This document shows, piece by piece, positions 60,389 through 64,000 of a DNA stretch of 64,000 nucleotides. A program made the translations under genes and the position numbers. Numbering within the stretch: position 1 is the stretch's first letter; each line of letters opens with the position of its first letter. Under the pieces are notes generated by a model that saw only the letters and a list, made by a program, of their open reading frames with translations, had not been told where the DNA came from and searched no databases. The stretch comes from Promethearchaeota archaeon (GTDB lineage Archaea > Asgardarchaeota > Lokiarchaeia > Sigyniarchaeales > SOKP01), in NCBI GenBank assembly GCA_016839555.1, contig JAEOUA010000007.1, positions 32,001-96,000 on the forward strand, given 5' to 3'.

Positions 60389-62365
60389 TTATTCTGGAGA
60401 TTCTAGTTTTTTATGCTCTTTAATCAAATCATCCACAACTGAGGGATCTGCTAAGGTGGTGGTATTTCCAATTGGCTGACCAGAAGCTATTGCTCTAAGA
60501 ATTCTACGCATTATCTTCCCGCTTCGGGTTTTAGGCAAAGCATCAGCGAATTGAACGACATCTGGTTGAAACACGGGACCTATTTCTGTTCTTACATGAT
60601 TAATGATATCTCTTCGTAATGCAACACTTTTTTCGACACCTTCCATTAATGTAACATATGCATATATTGCTTGCCCTTTTATATTATGTGGAAATGGAGC
60701 GACGGCAGCTTCTGCAACCTTTGGATGGCTCACAATTGCGGATTCGACCTCCATTGTTCCTATTCGATGTCCAGAAACCTTGATAACATCATCTAACCGA
60801 CCTAAAATCCAATAATATCCGTCCTGGTCTTGGCGTGCACCATCACCAGTATAGTAATTACCTGGATATCTTTCCAAATATGTCGATTTAAATCGTTCAG
60901 TATCACCCCAGACATCCCTTAACATACCTGGCCACGGCTGAGCCATACAGAAGTATCCTCCCTCATCTGGTTCTTTTATTTCATCCCCTTCTAAATCATA
61001 AATCACCGGCTTAATTCCCAGAAATGGTAAGCAACAAGATCCCGGTTTAGTAGGAGTTGCTGTGGCAATAGGAGTCATAATAAATCCTCCAGTTTCCGTT
61101 TGCCAGTAAGTATCTACAATGGGACATTTTCCTTTACCAATCACTGTATGATACCATGTCCACGCTTTTGGATTAATGGGCTCACCAACAGTACCCAGAA
61201 CTTTTAATGAACTTAAATTATGTTTTTCCACGGGCTCTTCTCCATATCTCATTAACGCTCGGATTGCTGTGGGCGCTGTATAAAACTGATTAACTTTATG
61301 TTTTTCTACAATATCCCAGAATCGATCTACTTCTGGATATGTTGGTGTGCCTTCAAACATTAGCGTTGTTGCTCCGTTTGCTAAAGGACCATATATGATA
61401 TAACTATGCCCCGTTATCCAGCCAATATCAGCAGTACAATACCATATTTCTCCCTGTTTATAATTAAATACCACTTCATGTGTATAAGAGGTGTATACAA
61501 TATATCCTCCAGTAGTATGTTTAACACCTTTAGGTTTCCCGGTTGTTCCACTAGTATATAGGATAAATAAGGTATCTTCAGCATCCATTTCTTCACATGG
61601 ACACTCTTCAGCCATTCCTTTTATAAAGTCTTTATATGTAATATCTTTATCAGTTTTAGCTACTTCATTTCCCGTACGCTCCACAACGATAATATGTTCT
61701 ATAGTGGGAACATCATCAATAATTTTTGCCACATCATCCATTTTAGGATAAAGTTTACCTGATCTTACTGTCTGATCACATGTAAATAATAATTTTGAAT
61801 CGGAATCATAGATCCTATCCTTGACCGCTTCCTTAGAGAATCCACCAAATACAATCGAGTGAATAACGCCAATTCTAGCACATGCGAGCATAATAATGGC
61901 TAGCTCTGGAATCATAGGTAACCATATTGTTACTCTGTCACCTTTTTTTAGGCCTAAGTTTTTCATTCTATTCGCAACTTTACATACTTCTTTTTTTAAC
62001 TCATTGAAAGAGAATTTTCTAATTTCTCCTGGTTCATCGGCTTCCCATATTATGGCAGTTTCCTCTCCTCTTCCCGCTTCAATATGCCTATCAATACAAT
62101 TATAACAGACATTTAATTTACCGCCCACAAACCATTTACCCGGGAATAAATCGGTCTTTTCCCATACTTTCTCGTAGGGGGAAAACCAACTAATCCTCTG
62201 AGCTACTTCATCCCAAAAACCTTCCATATCCGTAATGGATTTTTCATAGATTTCTTGATATTCTTTAAAAGACATTCCAGTTTTCGCATATTCGGGATTT
62301 AATTCAACTGGATCGAATATACGTTCCTCTGTGAGGATTGACTCCATTCTATCTTCTTCTGACAT
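60389..62365 (-). CDS. acs: Acetyl-CoA synthetase (AMP-forming)
   Basis: YTSGTTGKPKG, WITGHSY, DTYWQTETG, PKTRSGKIMRR. Confidence 0.95.
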   Translation of the reverse strand: MSEEDRMESILTEERIFDPVELNPEYAKTGMSFKEYQEIYEKSITDMEGFWDEVAQRISWFSPYEKVWEKTDLFPGKWFVGGKLNVCYNCIDRHIEAGRGEETAIIWEADEPGEIRKFSFNELKKEVCKVANRMKNLGLKKGDRVTIWLPMIPELAIIMLACARIGVIHSIVFGGFSKEAVKDRIYDSDSKLLFTCDQTVRSGKLYPKMDDVAKIIDDVPTIEHIIVVERTGNEVAKTDKDITYKDFIKGMAEECPCEEMDAEDTLFILYTSGTTGKPKGVKHTTGGYIVYTSYTHEVVFNYKQGEIWYCTADIGWITGHSYIIYGPLANGATTLMFEGTPTYPEVDRFWDIVEKHKVNQFYTAPTAIRALMRYGEEPVEKHNLSSLKVLGTVGEPINPKAWTWYHTVIGKGKCPIVDTYWQTETGGFIMTPIATATPTKPGSCCLPFLGIKPVIYDLEGDEIKEPDEGGYFCMAQPWPGMLRDVWGDTERFKSTYLERYPGNYYTGDGARQDQDGYYWILGRLDDVIKVSGHRIGTMEVESAIVSHPKVAEAAVAPFPHNIKGQAIYAYVTLMEGVEKSVALRRDIINHVRTEIGPVFQPDVVQFADALPKTRSGKIMRRILRAIASGQPIGNTTTLADPSVVDDLIKEHKKLESPE

Positions 62366-62816
62366 ACCTTAAATCAACTTTTTTTCAGTATTTTTTATTT
62401 TTCGATTTCATTACAAATTTTTTAAGTATAACTTTATAGATGTCTAAATATTAGAAAAATTTAAAATTTTCATTTATAATTTTTATATTTTTCCATAAGA
62501 TGAATAAAATCTTATTCTATTCAGAGCATGTTCTATTAAGGCTTTTTATTATAGATCTTTTCTGTTAGTATCATCTAAAAAGGTAAATCTTTCTCAGAAA
62601 TTATTCATAGAATAATTTTTTATAGCATTTTGTCTTACTCTTTTTCTCTCCTCTTTATTTTTGATCAAAATAAAAGTTCTTTTAGCATAAAACATGTATC
62701 TATTTAGATTTTAGAGATATTTTTTGATTATAATTCCTTTCCTATAATGAAAAAGGAAAATAATGACACAATTAAAAAAATTAGTAGATCAAATACAAGG
62801 TTTAGGTTTGATATAA

Positions 62817-63638
62817 TTGATTGATAAAGATTTTCCCATTTTTGACGCACATATGCATTATACAGGGAAATTTATGAATAAAAATGAAACACTTATTGAA
62901 TTTTTAGATCGATTTGGAATTGATAAAGCTATTATTACAACTTTAAACACCTCAGCGAATAGTAAACTCCTCTCTACTATAAATAATAAGGATTTAACTG
63001 ATAAACAGTTAGCAGATAAGTTTTATCCCAAAAATCAATATAATCATGAACATGTAAAAAAATTAATTGAATCTCATCCAAAAAGGTTAATTGGATTTTA
63101 TTGGTTTAATCCAAGAATTGCTGATGAAAAAGACTGGAAAGAGCTTACGAGATATATAAAAAATTATAATTTTAAAGGAGTTAAAACTCAAGCCTCGCTC
63201 GATAATTTAGATCCCCTAACAGATATGGATAAATTAGCTGAATTTTGTATTGATCTTGATATTCCTCTTTATTTTCATTCTGGAATTAATTTTTATTTTC
63301 AGAAACCCTTTAAAATTCAATCTCTCTACGAACTTAAGAAAAAGTATAAAAAATTAAAGTTAATAATTGGCCATGCGGCTTATACAATGGAATATATGAT
63401 CTCATTATTAAGATATTTTGAACCGTTTCCGCGGGTTTATTTTGAAACGAGCCTCTCAGTCCCCTATGGAATTAAGGTCTTAATAAAAGTGATGGGAGCA
63501 GAGAGAGTATTATATGGTTCTGACAGCCCGCCAGCAACTACGCCGGATATCGAAATCAATAAAATTAAAATTCTAGATCTACCTAAGGATATCCAAAAAA
63601 AAGTCTTTTATGAAAATACAAATAATTTATTAGTTTGA
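62817..63638 (+). CDS. Amidohydrolase_2 family metal-dependent hydrolase
   Basis: FDAHMH, FHSG, IGH, VLYGSD. Confidence 0.85.
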   Translation: MIDKDFPIFDAHMHYTGKFMNKNETLIEFLDRFGIDKAIITTLNTSANSKLLSTINNKDLTDKQLADKFYPKNQYNHEHVKKLIESHPKRLIGFYWFNPRIADEKDWKELTRYIKNYNFKGVKTQASLDNLDPLTDMDKLAEFCIDLDIPLYFHSGINFYFQKPFKIQSLYELKKKYKKLKLIIGHAAYTMEYMISLLRYFEPFPRVYFETSLSVPYGIKVLIKVMGAERVLYGSDSPPATTPDIEINKIKILDLPKDIQKKVFYENTNNLLV

Positions 63639-63802
63639 AAAGAATTTCAATGCGATTGGATTTTAATGTTTTAATAATATTCTCTAAAAATTGTTTTAAA
63701 TTATTTACTAAGAGTGAAAAAATCTAATATTTTATTATATAAAGGAATATAAATTAATATTAGCATTTGAAATATGGAAAAGTTAGATATGGAGGGTTAA
63801 AA

Positions 63803-64000
63803 ATGGCAAAAGGAATTTTTTTAAGTTCATTAAAAGAACGTGTTGGCAAGACAACACTGGCATTAGGTATAATTTTAAATCTTCAAGACCAAGGAAAAAA
63901 AGTGGGATATTATAAACCTATTGGAACTCCTAAAGCACCTTTTTCAAACAAAGCAGATCCGGATGTAGGCTTCTTACAAAGTTGTGCGGAAATTCCTAAT
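63803..64000 (+). CDS. BioD-like/phosphotransacetylase N-terminal domain protein, partial; runs off the window
   Basis: MAKGIFLSSLKERVGKTTLALG...VGYYKPIG; GGAGG RBS. Confidence 0.75.
   Translation, partial: MAKGIFLSSLKERVGKTTLALGIILNLQDQGKKVGYYKPIGTPKAPFSNKADPDVGFLQSCAEIPN

Noticed and set aside
708-62105. Numerous short ORFs overlapping or antisense to well-supported genes
   Set aside because: Shadow ORFs with no recognisable motifs.
1-64000. tRNA or rRNA genes
   Set aside because: No GC-rich cloverleaf or rRNA-like segment was recognised by eye; a tRNAscan-SE/Infernal run would confirm.

Overview
AT-rich archaeal chromosome segment, most consistent with a Lokiarchaeia (Asgard) genome. 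Support comes from a roadblock-Rab-like GTPase fusion, a longin-like protein, an IPGY/Loki-CTERM-type sorting tail, archaeal gatA/gatB, serS, TrmB and GGAGG/GGTGA ribosome-binding sites. Most genes encode acyl-CoA and ferredoxin-linked metabolism. The main result is two protein-coding genes that look broken in the ORF track but are each interrupted by a tiny hairpin insertion folding into a bulge-helix-bulge (BHB) motif, the substrate of the archaeal tRNA-splicing endonuclease. One is a 31-nt insert in porB (47408-47438); the other is a 30-nt insert in a CaiB/BaiF CoA-transferase (21409-21438, minus strand). Cutting at the canonical BHB positions restores the frame and a conserved protein motif in both, so these are candidate mRNA mini-introns. 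The porB gene is also circularly permuted. Its operon is split by a ~6.7-kb insert that carries a large GIY-YIG nuclease and is bounded by a duplicated porA 5' end. The CaiB gene has a 1.9-kb toxin-antitoxin islet bounded by a duplicated copy of its 3' end. All calls were made by eye; no database searches were run.
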